A stretch of 64,000 bases of DNA. Origin: the human T2T-CHM13v2.0 reference genome, Homo sapiens. Position 1 is the stretch's first letter. Each line of letters starts with the position of its first letter. Location of the stretch: the NCBI RefSeq assembly GCF_009914755.1, contig NC_060947.1, one strand, 5' to 3'. Both the position numbers and the translations under genes were made by a program. Below, piece by piece: positions 38,632 to 50,436 of the stretch. The notes under the pieces are model-generated. The model was not told the DNA's origin, made no database searches, and worked only from the letters and a program-made list of their open reading frames with translations.

Positions 38632-40420
38632 ATGCCATTCTTTCATTGGTTTTGGGGTTTCTGGAGTTGGCTGCTTAATATGATTAGACCCAAAAATTCT
38701 AAGGAATCTACTTCCAATAGTATGGAGAACACTGATAGTCCTTGGCATGAACTGTTTAGAGAGTTATGCAAAATAAATGCATTTGACACTCCTGATTTGC
38801 TCATGAGAGACAAGGAGTTTAGTGACTATATACGTAATAACTTTGATCACATGTGGAGAACCAAAAAATGTAATGAAGCTGGATGGGTGCCCCTAAGTTC
38901 AGTGGACAAAATGATGAAAGAAAATAATGAACTCAGGAATTCTGTCTCCCAGCTTCAGAAGCAGATACTGAGTCTCAAATCTGCTAAGACTGCCCTGAGT
39001 GAGAGTCTTATCTCCTGTAGAGAAATGGCTGAAATTGTGGAAAAACAGACACAAGCTGTTATCATGCCAGTGGCTGACCTGCAGTGAAAGACACATGCAC
39101 AGCCTCACCAGGTGTCTATTGTTAAAGTGAGGGCATTGATTGAAAAACAATAGGACCCTGCAACTTGGAATGGTGACGTGTGGGAGCACCCTGATGAAGC
39201 TGGGGACACTGAGTTTTTAAACTCTGATGAACCTTTCTTGCCAGAAGAAAAAACTTTCCCATCCCCAGTAGTGGCAACATCACCTCCCCAACCCATGCTG
39301 CCATCAGCCTTTCAACCTTTGTCTGAGGAGATAAACCCTACGCTGCCTGAGGCAACAATGATGGCCTCCCTTGTGGCAGTTGCCAGGCAAGATAATGTTG
39401 ATTCTCCTCAGGCGCCACCCCCAACATCTCTGTTTGCTTCTAGACCTATAACTAGACTAAGTCCTCACCGAGAGGTGAGGTTGACAGTGTGGCCCATGAG
39501 GAGGTGTGCTACACTCAAAGAGAACTGTTTGATTTCTCTAATTTATGTAAACAGAAATCTGGAGAACAGGCATGGGAATGATTATTAAGGGTATAGGATA
39601 ATGTTGGAAGGAACATAGAGTTGGATAAGGCTGAATTCATGGATTTGGGCCCACTAAGTAGGGACTCATTTTTAATGTTGCAGTTCAGGGAGTTAAAAAA
39701 GTTTCTCATAGTTTATTTGCTTGATTAGCTGAAATATGGATTAAAAGATGGCCCACTGTGAGTGAGCTGGAAATGCCTGATCTGCCTTGGTTTAATGTAG
39801 AGGAAGGGATCCAAAGGCTTAGGGAAATTGGGTTGGTGTAGTAGATTTGTCACTTTAGATCAACTCATCTCAGCTGAGAGGGTCCGGAAGACATACCCTT
39901 GACCAATGCCTTGTGAAATAGATCGGTGAGGGCAGCACCTGCATCTTTGAAGATCCCTGTAATGGTTCTTCTCTTTATGTCAGATCTAACTGTGGGAACT
40001 GCAGTCACTCAACTACAAAATGTAAATACAGTGGAAATACTTGGTTCCTGAGGTTGCAGGGGCAAAGTGACAGCACTCAACAGTCAAAGGCATTGTGGGC
40101 GTAGCTACTGTAATGAACGGTAGATGCAAAGTGGCTATCAGAATAGTCTGACTCGTGTAGAGCTCTGGCATTGGCTAATTAATCACTATGTTCCTAGAAG
40201 TAAAACTGATAGGAAGCCTATTGCATTTCTACTTAATTTATACAAGCAGAGAACTTCTATGTCGAATGGACAAAAGACTAATTTGTATTCGAGTTATAAA
40301 AACAGAGAATCACAGCCCCTCAATCAATTTCCAGACTTGAGCCAGTTTACAGACCCAGACCAGAACCCCTTGAATGAAAGGGAGGTCGGTTCCCCTAGAG
40401 GAAGGACCCCACTACATTAA
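38632..40420 (+). pseudogene. gag: HERV-L gag remnant
   Basis: ORF fragments MIRPKNSKESTSNSMENTDSPWHELFRELCKI.., WEHPDEAGDTEFLNSDE.. and LTRVELWHWLINH; stops and frameshifts. Confidence 0.85.
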
Positions 40421-40479
40421 CAAAAATTTATGCAGTGAATCTTTCTCCCATCTTTCACCAAAAAAGACCTCTGGCCTTT

Positions 40480-43400
40480 TACCAGGGTAAATGTGTACTG
40501 GGGAAAGTAAAATAATCAGATATTTCAGGGACTGCTGGACATTGGCTCTGAAATGACGTTATTACCAGGGGACCCAAAACGTCATTGTGGTCCCCCACTT
40601 AAAGTAGGGGTTTATGGGGATCAGGTAGTTATTGGAGTTTTAGCTCAGGTCTGACTTACAGTGGATCCAGTGGGTCCCCAGACTCCTCTTATGGTCATTT
40701 CCCCAGTGCCAGAATGCATAATTGGCATAGAAATACTTAGCAGCTAGCAGAACCCCCCCATTGGCTCCCTGACTGGTAGGGTGAGGGCTACTCTGGTGAG
40801 AAAGGCCAAATGGAAGCCATCAGAACTTCCTCTACCTAGAAAAATAGTAAATCAAAGCAATATCACATCCGTGGAGGAATTGCGGAGATTAGTGCCACCA
40901 TCAAGGACTCGAAAGACACAGGGGTGGTGATTCCCACCACATCCCCATTCAACTCTCCCATTTGGCCTGTTTGGAAGACAGATGGATCTTGGACAATAAC
41001 AGTGGATTATCATAAGCTTGACCAAGTGGTGACTCCAATTGCAGCTGCTGTACCAGATGTGGTTTCATTGCTTGAGCAAATTAACACATCTCCTGGTACC
41101 TGTTATGCAGCCATTAACTTGGAAAATGCCTTTTTCTCCATTCCTGTCCATAAGGCCAACCAGAGCAATTTGCCTTCAGCTGGCAAGGCCAGCAATATAC
41201 CATTGCTGTCCTACCACAGGGGTATATCACCTCTCGGTTTTGTGTTATAATTTTATTCGGAGAGATCTTGATTGCTTTTTGCATCCACAAGGTATCAAAC
41301 TGGTCCATTACATTGATGACATTATGCTGATTGGATACAGTGAGCAAGAAATAGCAAACACACTGGACCTATAGGTGAGACATTTGCATGTCAGAGGTTG
41401 GGAAATAAATCTGACTAAAATTCAGGGACCTTCTACCTCAGTAAAATTTCTAGGGATCCATTGTTTTGTGGCCTGTCAAGATATTCCTTCTAAGATAAAG
41501 GATAAGTTGCTACATTTGGCCCCTCCTACAAACAAGAAAGAGGCACAATGCCTGGTCGGCCTATTTGGATTCTGGAGGCAACACATTCCTCATTTGCGTG
41601 TGTTACTCCAGCCCATTTATCAAGTGACCCTAAAGGCTGCCATTTTTGAGTGGGGTCCAGAACAGGAGAAGGCTCTGCAACAGGTCCAGGCTGCTGTGCA
41701 AGCTGCTCTGCCACTTGGACCATATGACCCAACAGATCCAATGGTGCTTGAGGTGTCAGTCGCAGACAGGGATACTCTTTGGAGCCTTTGGCAGGCCCAC
41801 ATAGGTGAATCACAGTGGAGGCCTCTAACATTTTGGAGCAAGGCTCTGCCATCTTTTGCACATAACTGCTCTCCTTTTGAGAGACAGCTCTTGGCCTGTT
41901 ACTGAGCTTTGGTGGAAACTAAATGTTTGACTATGTGTCATTAAGTCACCATGCAACCTGAACAGCCTATCATGAACTGGGTGCTTTCTGACTCATCTAG
42001 CCATAAAGTGGGTCGTGCATAGCAGTGTTTTCCGTAATCAAATGGAAGTGGTGTATCCGTGATCAGGCTTGAGCATGTCCTGAAGGCACAAGTACGTTAC
42101 ATGAGGAAGTGTCTCAAAAGCCCATGTTCTCCACTCCTGCCACCCTGCCTTGTCTTTACCAGTCTGCACTGATAACCTCATGGGACGTTCCCTATTATCA
42201 GTTGACAGGGAAAGAGAAGACTAGTGCCGGGTTCACAGATGGTTCTGCACGATACGCAGGCACCACTCAAAAGTGGAAAATTGGTGACAAAGAAATTGAT
42301 ATTTGTATCCTATGTGCCTGCTCACCAACAGGTGACCTTAGCAGAAGAGGATTTTAATAATCAAGTGGATAGGATGACCCATTCTGTGGACAGCACTCAG
42401 CCTCTTTCCCCATCCACCCCTGTCATCACCCAATGGACCCTTGAAGAAAGTGGCCATGGTGGCAGGGATGGAGGTTATGCATGGGCTCAGCAACATGGAC
42501 TTCCACTCACCAAGGCTGACCTCTCTACAGCCACTGCTGAGTGCCCAATTTTCCAGCTGCAGAGACTAACACCGAGCACTAGATATGGCACCATTCCTTG
42601 GGGTGATCACCCAGCTACCTGGTGGCAGGTTGATTTTATTGGATCTCTTTTATCATGGAGAGGGCAGACGTTTGTCCTCACTGGAGTAGACAGTTACTGG
42701 ATATGGGTTTGTGTATCCTGCATGCAATGGTTCTGCCAAGATTATCATCTATGGACTCATGGAATGTCTTATTCATTGTCATGGTATTCCACACAACATT
42801 GCCTCTGACCAAGTCACTCACTTTATGGCTAAAGAACATGGCATTTTCTTTATCCAGTCTATCAGTGATGGGCATTTGGGTTGGTTCCAAGTATTTGCTA
42901 TTGTGAACAGTGCTGCAATAAACATATGTGTGCATGTGTCTTTATAGTAGAATGATTTGTAATCCTTTGGGTATCTACCCAGTAATGGGATTGCTGAGTC
43001 AAATGGTATTTCTGGTTGTAGGTACTTCAGGAATTGCCACGCTGTCTTCCACAATGGTTGAACTAATTTACACTCTCACCAACAGTGTAAAAGCATTCCT
43101 ATTTCTCCACATCCTCTCCAGCACCTGTTGTTTCCTGACTTTTTAACGATCGCCATTCTAACCGGTGTGAGATGGTATCTCATTGTGGTTTTTATTTGCA
43201 TTTCTCTAATGACTAGTGATGATGAGCTTCTCTTGATATGTTTGTTGGCTGCATAAATGTCTTCTTTTGAGAACTGTCTGTTCATATCCTTCACCCACTT
43301 TTTGATGGGATTGTTTGTTTTTTTTCTTGTAAATTTGTTCAAGTTTTTTCTAGATTCTGGATATTTGCCCTTTGTCAGATTAATAGATTGAAAAAATTTT

Positions 43401-44400
43401 CTCCCATTCTGTGGGTTGCCTGTTCACTCTCATGATAGTTTCTTTTGCTGTGTAGAAGCTCTTTAGTCTAATTATATCCCATTTGTTAATTGTGGCTTTT
43501 GTTGCATTGCTTTTGGTGTTTTAGTCATGAAGTCTTTGCCCATGCCTGTGTCCTGAATGGTATTGCCTAGGTTTTCTTCTACGGTTTTTATGGTTTTAGG
43601 TCTTACGTTTAAGTCTTTAATCTATCTTGAGTTAGTTTTTGTATAAGGTGTAAGGAAGGGGTCCAGTTTCAGTTTTCTGCCTACGGATAGCCAGTTTTCT
43701 CAACACCATTTATTAAATAGGGACTCCTACACCATGGAATACTATGCATCTATAAAAAAGGATGAGTTCACATCCTTTGCAGGGACATGGATGAAGCTGG
43801 AAACCATCATTCTCAGCAAACTAACACAGGAACAGAAAACCAAACACCGCATGTTCTCACTCATAAGTGGGAGTTCAACAATGAGAACATATGGACACAG
43901 GGAGGGGACCATCACACACCGGGGCCTGTCAGGGGGTGGGGGGCTAGGGGAGGGATAGCCTTAGGAGAAATACCTAAAGTAGATCTCGAGTTGATGGGTG
44001 CAGCAAACCACCATGGCATGTGTATACCTATGTAACAAAACTGCACGTTCTGCACATGTATCCCAGAACTTAAAGTATAATTTTTTTTAAAAAAAGCATG
44101 GCAGTGGGCTTATGCTCATGGAATTCACTGATCTTACCATGTTGCCCATCATCCTGAAGAAGCTGTATGGTTAGAATGGTAGAATGGCCTTTTGAAATCA
44201 CAATTACAATGCCAACTAGGCAACAATACTTAGCTGGGCTGGTGAAAAGTTCTCCAGAAAGTCATGTATGCTCTGAATCAGCATCCAATATATGGTGCTG
44301 TTTCTCCTATAGCTAGGATACACAGGTCCAGGATTCAAGAAGTGGAAGTGGAAATGGCACCACTCACCATCACCCCTAACCACTGGAAAAATTCTTGCTT
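40480..44400 (+). pseudogene. pol: HERV-L pro/pol remnant (protease, RT, RNase H partly deleted, integrase split by L1)
   Basis: LLDIGS at 40532-40549 (degenerate DTG); SPFNSPIWPV; YIDD at 41309-41320; integrase HGG..TAEC and WQVDFIG. Confidence 0.88.
42842..44095 (+). mobile_element. L1PA7-like 5'-truncated L1 with 5' inversion, inserted in HERV-L integrase
   Basis: Antisense L1 at 42842-43727, sense at 43728-44095 ending 'cccagaacttaaagtataa'; TSD aaagaacatggca (42831-42843) / aaaaagcatggca (44091-44103). Confidence 0.92.
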
Positions 44401-44419
44401 CCCGTTCCTGTGACATTAC

Positions 44420-44901
44420 GTTCTGCTGGCCTACAGTTCTTAGTTCCAGAGGGAGGAACTCTGCCACCAGGAGACACAACAACAATTCCACTAAACTGGA
44501 AGTTAAGATTGCCACCTGGACACTTTGGGCACCTCCTACCTTTAAGTTAACAGGCTAAGAATGGAGTTACAGTGTTGGCTGGGGTGATTGACCCAGACTA
44601 TCAAGATGAAATCAGTCTACTACTTCACAACGGAGGTAAGGAAGAGTATGCATGGAATACAAGAGATCCATTAGGGCATCGCTTAGTATTACCATGCCCT
44701 GTGATTAAGGTCAATGGGAAACTACAACAGCCCAATCCAGACAGGACTACAAATGGCCCAGACCCTTCAGGAATGAAGGCTTGGGTCACTCTACCCAGAA
44801 TAAAACCAGGACCTGTTGAGGTGTTTGCTGAATGCAAAGGGAATACAGAATGGGTAGTAGAAGAAGGTGGTCATCAATACCAGCTACAACCACGTGACTA
44901 G
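44420..44901 (+). pseudogene. HERV-L dUTPase remnant and pol C-terminus
   Basis: PEGGTLPPGDTTTIPLNWKLRLPPGHFG..*..GVIDPDYQDEISLLLHNGG; dUTPase downstream of IN is typical of ERV-L. Confidence 0.85.
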
Positions 44902-45231
44902 TTGCAGAAATGGGGACTGTAATTGTCATGAGTATTTCTTCCTTCTTTTGTTAAAAACATGTTTGTGCATGTATCCACTTGTACTAAGAAAATATCTTCA
45001 TTTTATTTACTTTTTCCTTTATCATGTGACACAAGATTTATTGACTTCATATCGACATTTAAGTATCGTTAACTTTATGTAATAGTATTTGGGTTGGGGA
45101 TTGGTGCATTTCTCATTGCACAAAGGATAGTTGTATTATGTTAGGCATAATTATGACATTATTGTCTTTATTTGAAGATCATGGATGATCTCAGGAGATG
45201 TGTATGGGTTCAAGTTGACAAGGAGTGGACT

Positions 45232-45654
45232 TATGATGGTTAATACTGAATGTCAACTTGATTGTATTTAAGGATACAAAATATTGATCCGTGGGTGTGT
45301 CTATGAGAGTGTTGCCAAAAGAGATTAACATTTGAGTCAGTGGGCTGGGAAAGGCAGACCTATCCTTAATCAGGTGGGCACCATCTAATCAGCTGCCAGC
45401 AAATGTAAAGCAGGCAGAAAAATGTGAAAATGAGAGACTGGTGTAGCCTCTCAGACTACATCTTTCTGCCATGCTGGATGCTTCCTGCCCTTGGAAACAG
45501 ACTCCAAGTTCTTCAGTTTTGGGAGTTAGACTGGCTCTCCTTGCTCCTCAGCTTGCAGACAGCCTATTGTGGGACCTTGTGATCACGTATGTTAATACTT
45601 AATAAACTCTCCATCCTATTAGTTCTGTCCCTCTAGAAAACCCTGACTAATACA
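45232..45654 (+). repeat. 3' LTR (MLT2A1)
   Basis: tatgatggttaatactgaatgtcaac...ccctgactaataca, preceded by the purine tract aaggagtggac. Confidence 0.95.
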
Positions 45655-45659
45655 CTCAT

Positions 45660-46380
45660 ATTGTTAACAGTTATTTTAATGTTTGTGACCGGTAATCTCA
45701 ACATCTACAGATCCTTTACATCTATTTCTGTCATATAGTTTTTTATTGATATTGGTTGCCTGGTATTATCTCCCAGTATATATATTCTTTTTATTACATA
45801 CCAGACATTTCATATTAAATATTGTAGAGATATTTGAAGATTCAGAATTGTAATCCTCCCTCAAAGAGGATTTATGTTAGCTTCTTTCTTGCAATTATAA
45901 TATGGGCGGGCATGTCACATCTATACAATTAGTGATTGATCTGATTAGCAGCTGGCTTTAATCTTTTGAATGGTCTTTTCTGTATCAAGTTATTCCTTTA
46001 ATTTAGAGTGTAGCCCTCGAATGCATGCAATGAAAGCCTGGGGTGGTTAAAAGAGACTCTTCTTTTTGTTGGGTCTTGAATTCCAGTTGCCTTTCCCAGC
46101 TTTATAAAACTGGTATAAATTAAGATGGGTTTTCAGCCTCCCGAAATCTGGTAATGGTTGATTAATGCATTGAGAGGAAAAGTAAAGTGAAATGCCCCGC
46201 TTACCATTCAATTTTTTCCCTTTGCTTCTGAATATTGTATCTTCATATTCTTGCTGCTTTATTAGCTCATTCATACCTTACAATATATTAAAAATATTTT
46301 TTGTACAGCTTTTCTAATTGTTTTACTGCAGAGTGTTTTTTCTGAATCAACCTGAGTTATCACTGCTGGAAATAAAATTC
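45660..46380 (-). mobile_element. Very old L1M (L1ME-like) 5' region
   Basis: Weak similarity to L1ME ORF1/5' end; heavily diverged. Confidence 0.4.
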
Positions 46381-46549
46381 TCCTTTGTGCATTTTGATAT
46401 GCTATTTCTTACATAATGTTTTATCATTGAATCCTTTAACTATATTTGCTTTCTTCCTTTGTTGGAGGAGTTATTTGTACTGAGACTCGGGGTGGGAAGG
46501 AATGTATTCTCTGGGTGCTTTGTGGAATATTTTGCATTTAAAAAAGCCT

Positions 46550-47130
46550 AAATTATGGTGATATTTTAACATGGTAATAGATTTTTATATATATTTTAAC
46601 ATTTCACCTTGTTTCAGCTACATTTCCCGTTTACTCAATAAAACATTAATTTAGATGCTGCTGTGAAGTCGTTTTGCTAATGTAAAGTCCCTAATCAGTT
46701 GAATTTAAGTAAAGGAGATTGCTCTGGATAATCTGGGTGGGCCTGATTAATTCCATTGGGAGGCCTTAAAAACAAGCAGGAGGTTTTGCAGAGATCAAAA
46801 GAGAGAGAGAAAGACAGGGAAAGTGATTAAGAATGAGAGACAAAGTGAGAGAAAGAATGAGAAAATAAATTCTGTCTGTGGCCCGTGCATGTGAGATCTA
46901 GCTTGCCTTCACTGTCTCCCTGACTTACGGATTTTGAACTTTCTAAGGTAGCCCCACAATCATGTAAGCCACTTCCTATAACAAATCTTAGAACTTATTC
47001 AAATTTATTGAGAAAGAATCTGAAGCTTATATATATATATGGTATATTTTATATATACTTTATATATATTATATATTGTATATGTTATGCAAATATAAAA
47101 ATATATATATCTTCTATTGGTTTTGCTTCT
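46550..47130 (+). mobile_element. Old MLT2 (D/E/F-like) ERV-L LTR
   Basis: 'taatcagttgaatttaagtaaaggagatt..ggataatctgggtgggcctgatt', 'ccccacaatcatgtaagcca', a TA run, then 'tcttctattggttttgcttct'. Confidence 0.7.
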
Positions 47131-49577
47131 TACATATATAATATCTGCAGTATTATATTTAAATATATATCTATGCTATTATATTTAAATAGGTCTTTTT
47201 GTCCTGTTGCTGGCACAAATGAATATAATATGCATAATTAAGTCAAATTAGTATAATTAGTTTGGGAATATAAATGGAAGGAGAAATACAATAATGAGTA
47301 TGCTAATTTCCCTTCTGCTATAACATTAGGGGATAGTTGATCTTTATCCATGGCTTATAAATGCATACCAGATTAAACTAATGATTCCCATAAATATTTT
47401 CTTCATTTATAAGTGCAAAACGTAAAAATGATGTTTCAAGAGAAACTTTAAACAATAGGAGAAAAACATCAATAATTTATCCTTCAGCTTAATTAAATGG
47501 AAAATATTATGAGAAAATATTGACTAAGTACCATAAGTCTGTATTGATCTTACAAAAGACTAGGCAGCTAATTGAGAATAGAATCCCACCACTCTCTATT
47601 AGTTCAGACTGTTTTTCTTTTTTACAAATAAGCTAACATTACCCTAATAGGTATGTAAAACATCATAAATAACTAACTGTGTATGCAAGAATACATTACT
47701 TCTGCTCCAAGAAACTATAACCAGAGGAAACAAATATTCTTCCGGATTTGAAGAAAGCAAAGCTCTGTAGCAAAATAAAACATTAATTCCTTGGAAAGAA
47801 TCTAAAGTTTGCTTTTTGTTGTGGTTTCCTTCAGAAGATTTTATAAATCTAGTTTTAAGTAAATTGTTTTTAAATAAACCAATCAGCAGTTATCTAAAAC
47901 CTTTGTTTATAACTCAGTTAAAATAAAATTCTGTGTTCGTTAGTTGTTCAAATTGGCAGTTTTTGAAAAAGTAGGCTACTATTGTTTTTAAGTATATGCA
48001 AAAGACATCATTATTCATCTACTAAAATGTATAAATAATATATTCAAATCATATTTAAATAGTAGTTTTAACACAGACTGGGTTAAGCTTAGGCCCCAGG
48101 TTTTGTTAAGTCTTATAGTTCCAACTAAAATTTTCTTTTGACCTTCAGGTGTTTTATGCTAACCTATACCTCTTTTGATCTACATTTGTAAAAGTAAAAC
48201 ATAGTCTCATAATATTTAAAGCTGTGGAGATTGGCTTAACAACCTTATATTGAATAAACCACAAGAATAAAAACTCCAAAGCAAAGTAGAAAAAAAATGT
48301 AATCGTATGCCAACCAATAGTGCACAGTGTTTTCTTTTATCTGGAGTCAACTTTAATAGGACTTGAAGTATTATAACTTTGATGATTGCCATTATCATCA
48401 TTTGCCTCATACAGTAGGAGGCCATGCACTGTAAAATAGGAATTATTAAGAAAATACACTTCCAAATATACTGCACAAATTTGTTTTTAACAGCATGGAA
48501 CAAATGCCAGCTTCTATTTTACTGTGACTGGGGTTTATTAACAACCACTAGTGAGACAGAGGCTTCTTTGAAAATGCAAATCCTACCATACATAGTTCAA
48601 TTTTTCAGCTCCAGGTTTTAATATTTTTAATGACTTAAATAGAGAATTCCATACAAAAGGAAATTTTAAATTACTTTTTACTTTCTAAACTATCTCTTGA
48701 AAAAAAGTACCTATTTGACATAGGAGAGATATTCCTTATATTAAATAAGTTGGATTGTCTCCCACAAGCATTTATCTTCAGAACTTACCGTTCTTTTTAC
48801 TTATTTTAAATGAAGATCAATTCTTGATTTGTTTTCTATATTTAATTTTATTCTGGATTGTGTTTGATGAAAAATGCAAAAAAAAAAAAAAAGCCTGAAG
48901 AAGATACAACATGCTATCTCATGATGCTCCTGCATCATTTTCCTAATTGAGGGGGACCAACTCTGTAGATTCCTAATAACACTTAGGACATTCTTTCTAA
49001 AGCATACTGATTCGTTCATCTAACAAAAGCAGCAATGTCTACATAAATATTAGTATTTTGAAAATCTAAGAAATTAAGAGGACCAGTTTCTTATTTCCTA
49101 TGTATATAGCATGCCTTATTCCCCTTTAGATTTTATAAAAGTTGTCAATCTCAAAGGTTAACCATTTCCAATAGACACTTTCTCCTCTCTCATACATATG
49201 TACACTCAAAAGTCTTCTATGCAAAGGCAAAGGCTTAAAATTGAGAAAGAGACTGATATTGAAGAACATCAAGGAAGGCTGTAGCTAGAAGAAATAGAAT
49301 AAAGGAAAAGAGTAGTTGAACATGATGTCAGAGGAGTAAGGAAGGAGATTTTTCTAGTTTTTAGGTCATTGTAAGGATATCTATTTACACTCTAAGTGAG
49401 ATTGAGAGACATTGTAATGACAAGATCTGACTTAGATGTAATTGGATCTCTTTTTTTGCCCTGTGAATACTAGACTGTATGTGTAGGCAGAGGTGGGGAT
49501 TGGGCACTGGTGAGAGTAGATAGATCAGCTAATAGGTTATAAGTCAATCAAGAAGGATGGTCTCTTGCATCATGGTG

Positions 49578-49939
49578 TGCTATGGTCTGAGCGTTTGTGC
49601 CTCCCAAATGTATACATTATAACTTAATCACCAATGTGATGATATTAGGAGGTGGGGCCTTTCGGAGGTGATTAAACCATGAAGAAGGAGTCCTTATGAA
49701 TAAAAATAATGTCCTTATAAAAGAAATCTCAGAGAGCTAGCTCACCCCTTCCACCATGTGAAGACACAGCAAGAAGGTGCTACTATGAAAAAGAAAGTGG
49801 GCCTTTACGAGAGACTGAATCTTCTGGTGGCTTGACCTTGGAATTCCCAGCCTCCAGAACTGTAAGAAATAAGTTTATGTTGTTTATACACCATCTAGTT
49901 TATGGTATTTTGTTACAGCAGCTCAAACAAATTAAGACA
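49578..49939 (+). mobile_element. MLT1A0-like MaLR solo LTR
   Basis: tgctatggtctga...ggaggtggggcctttcggaggtgatta...cccagcctccagaactgtaagaaataa...taagaca. Confidence 0.88.
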
Positions 49940-49991
49940 TGTTATAGTAGTGGAAGTTGTAAGTAGAGAAGCTGTTGCATTTTAAATATAG

Positions 49992-49992
49992 A

Positions 49993-50033
<41 letters not shown>

Positions 50034-50053
50034 TATAAGTAGAGTATATATAT

Positions 50054-50142
<89 letters not shown>
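49992..50142. repeat. Compound (TA)n(CA)n-(TA)(CA)(TA)n(GA)n microsatellite
   Basis: Read directly. Confidence 0.95.
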
Positions 50143-50146
<4 letters not shown>

Positions 50147-50391
50147 AAATCCAAAAGAATTTGTTAATGGACAGGATGATGTAGGGAGTGAGAAAGAGTT
50201 ACTATTAATTGAACATTAATTGAAATAGAAAAAGACTGTAGGTGGAACTTTCATTGGCAGGGAGGAAAGATATGGCATTTGATTTTGGATATATTTAATT
50301 TGATGTGCCCATTAGTACCTTACAGCTAGTAGGGAGAAACAAGTCTAAGATGTACCTATAACATCTACAGCTTTTGTGTTTTCTGATACAT

Positions 50392-50395
<4 letters not shown>

Positions 50396-50433
<38 letters not shown>
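50396..50433. repeat. (TA)n microsatellite
   Basis: Read directly. Confidence 0.95.

Positions 50434-50436
<3 letters not shown>

Larger units (their letters stand above)
37540..45654 (+). mobile_element. HERV-L provirus with MLT2A1-type LTRs
   Basis: Two homologous LTRs; perfect TSD CTCAT (37535-37539 / 45655-45659); PBS; gag, pro, RT (YIDD), IN and dUTPase remnants; no env; purine tract before the 3' LTR. Confidence 0.95.
49215..50315 (-). mobile_element. L2 fragment split by MLT1A and microsatellites
   Basis: L2-like phrases 'taggtcattgtaaggatatctatttacactctaagtgagat' and 'ttttggatatatttaatttgatgtgccc'. Confidence 0.6.

Noticed and set aside
41375-41905. 176-aa RT/connection ORF as a domesticated gene
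   Set aside because: It is a fragment of HERV-L pol flanked by stops and frameshifts, with no sign of selective preservation.
43920-43955. G-quadruplex-like G runs (also at ~25110 and on the minus strand at ~54260)
   Set aside because: This is the ordinary G-rich tract of L1PA 3' UTRs.
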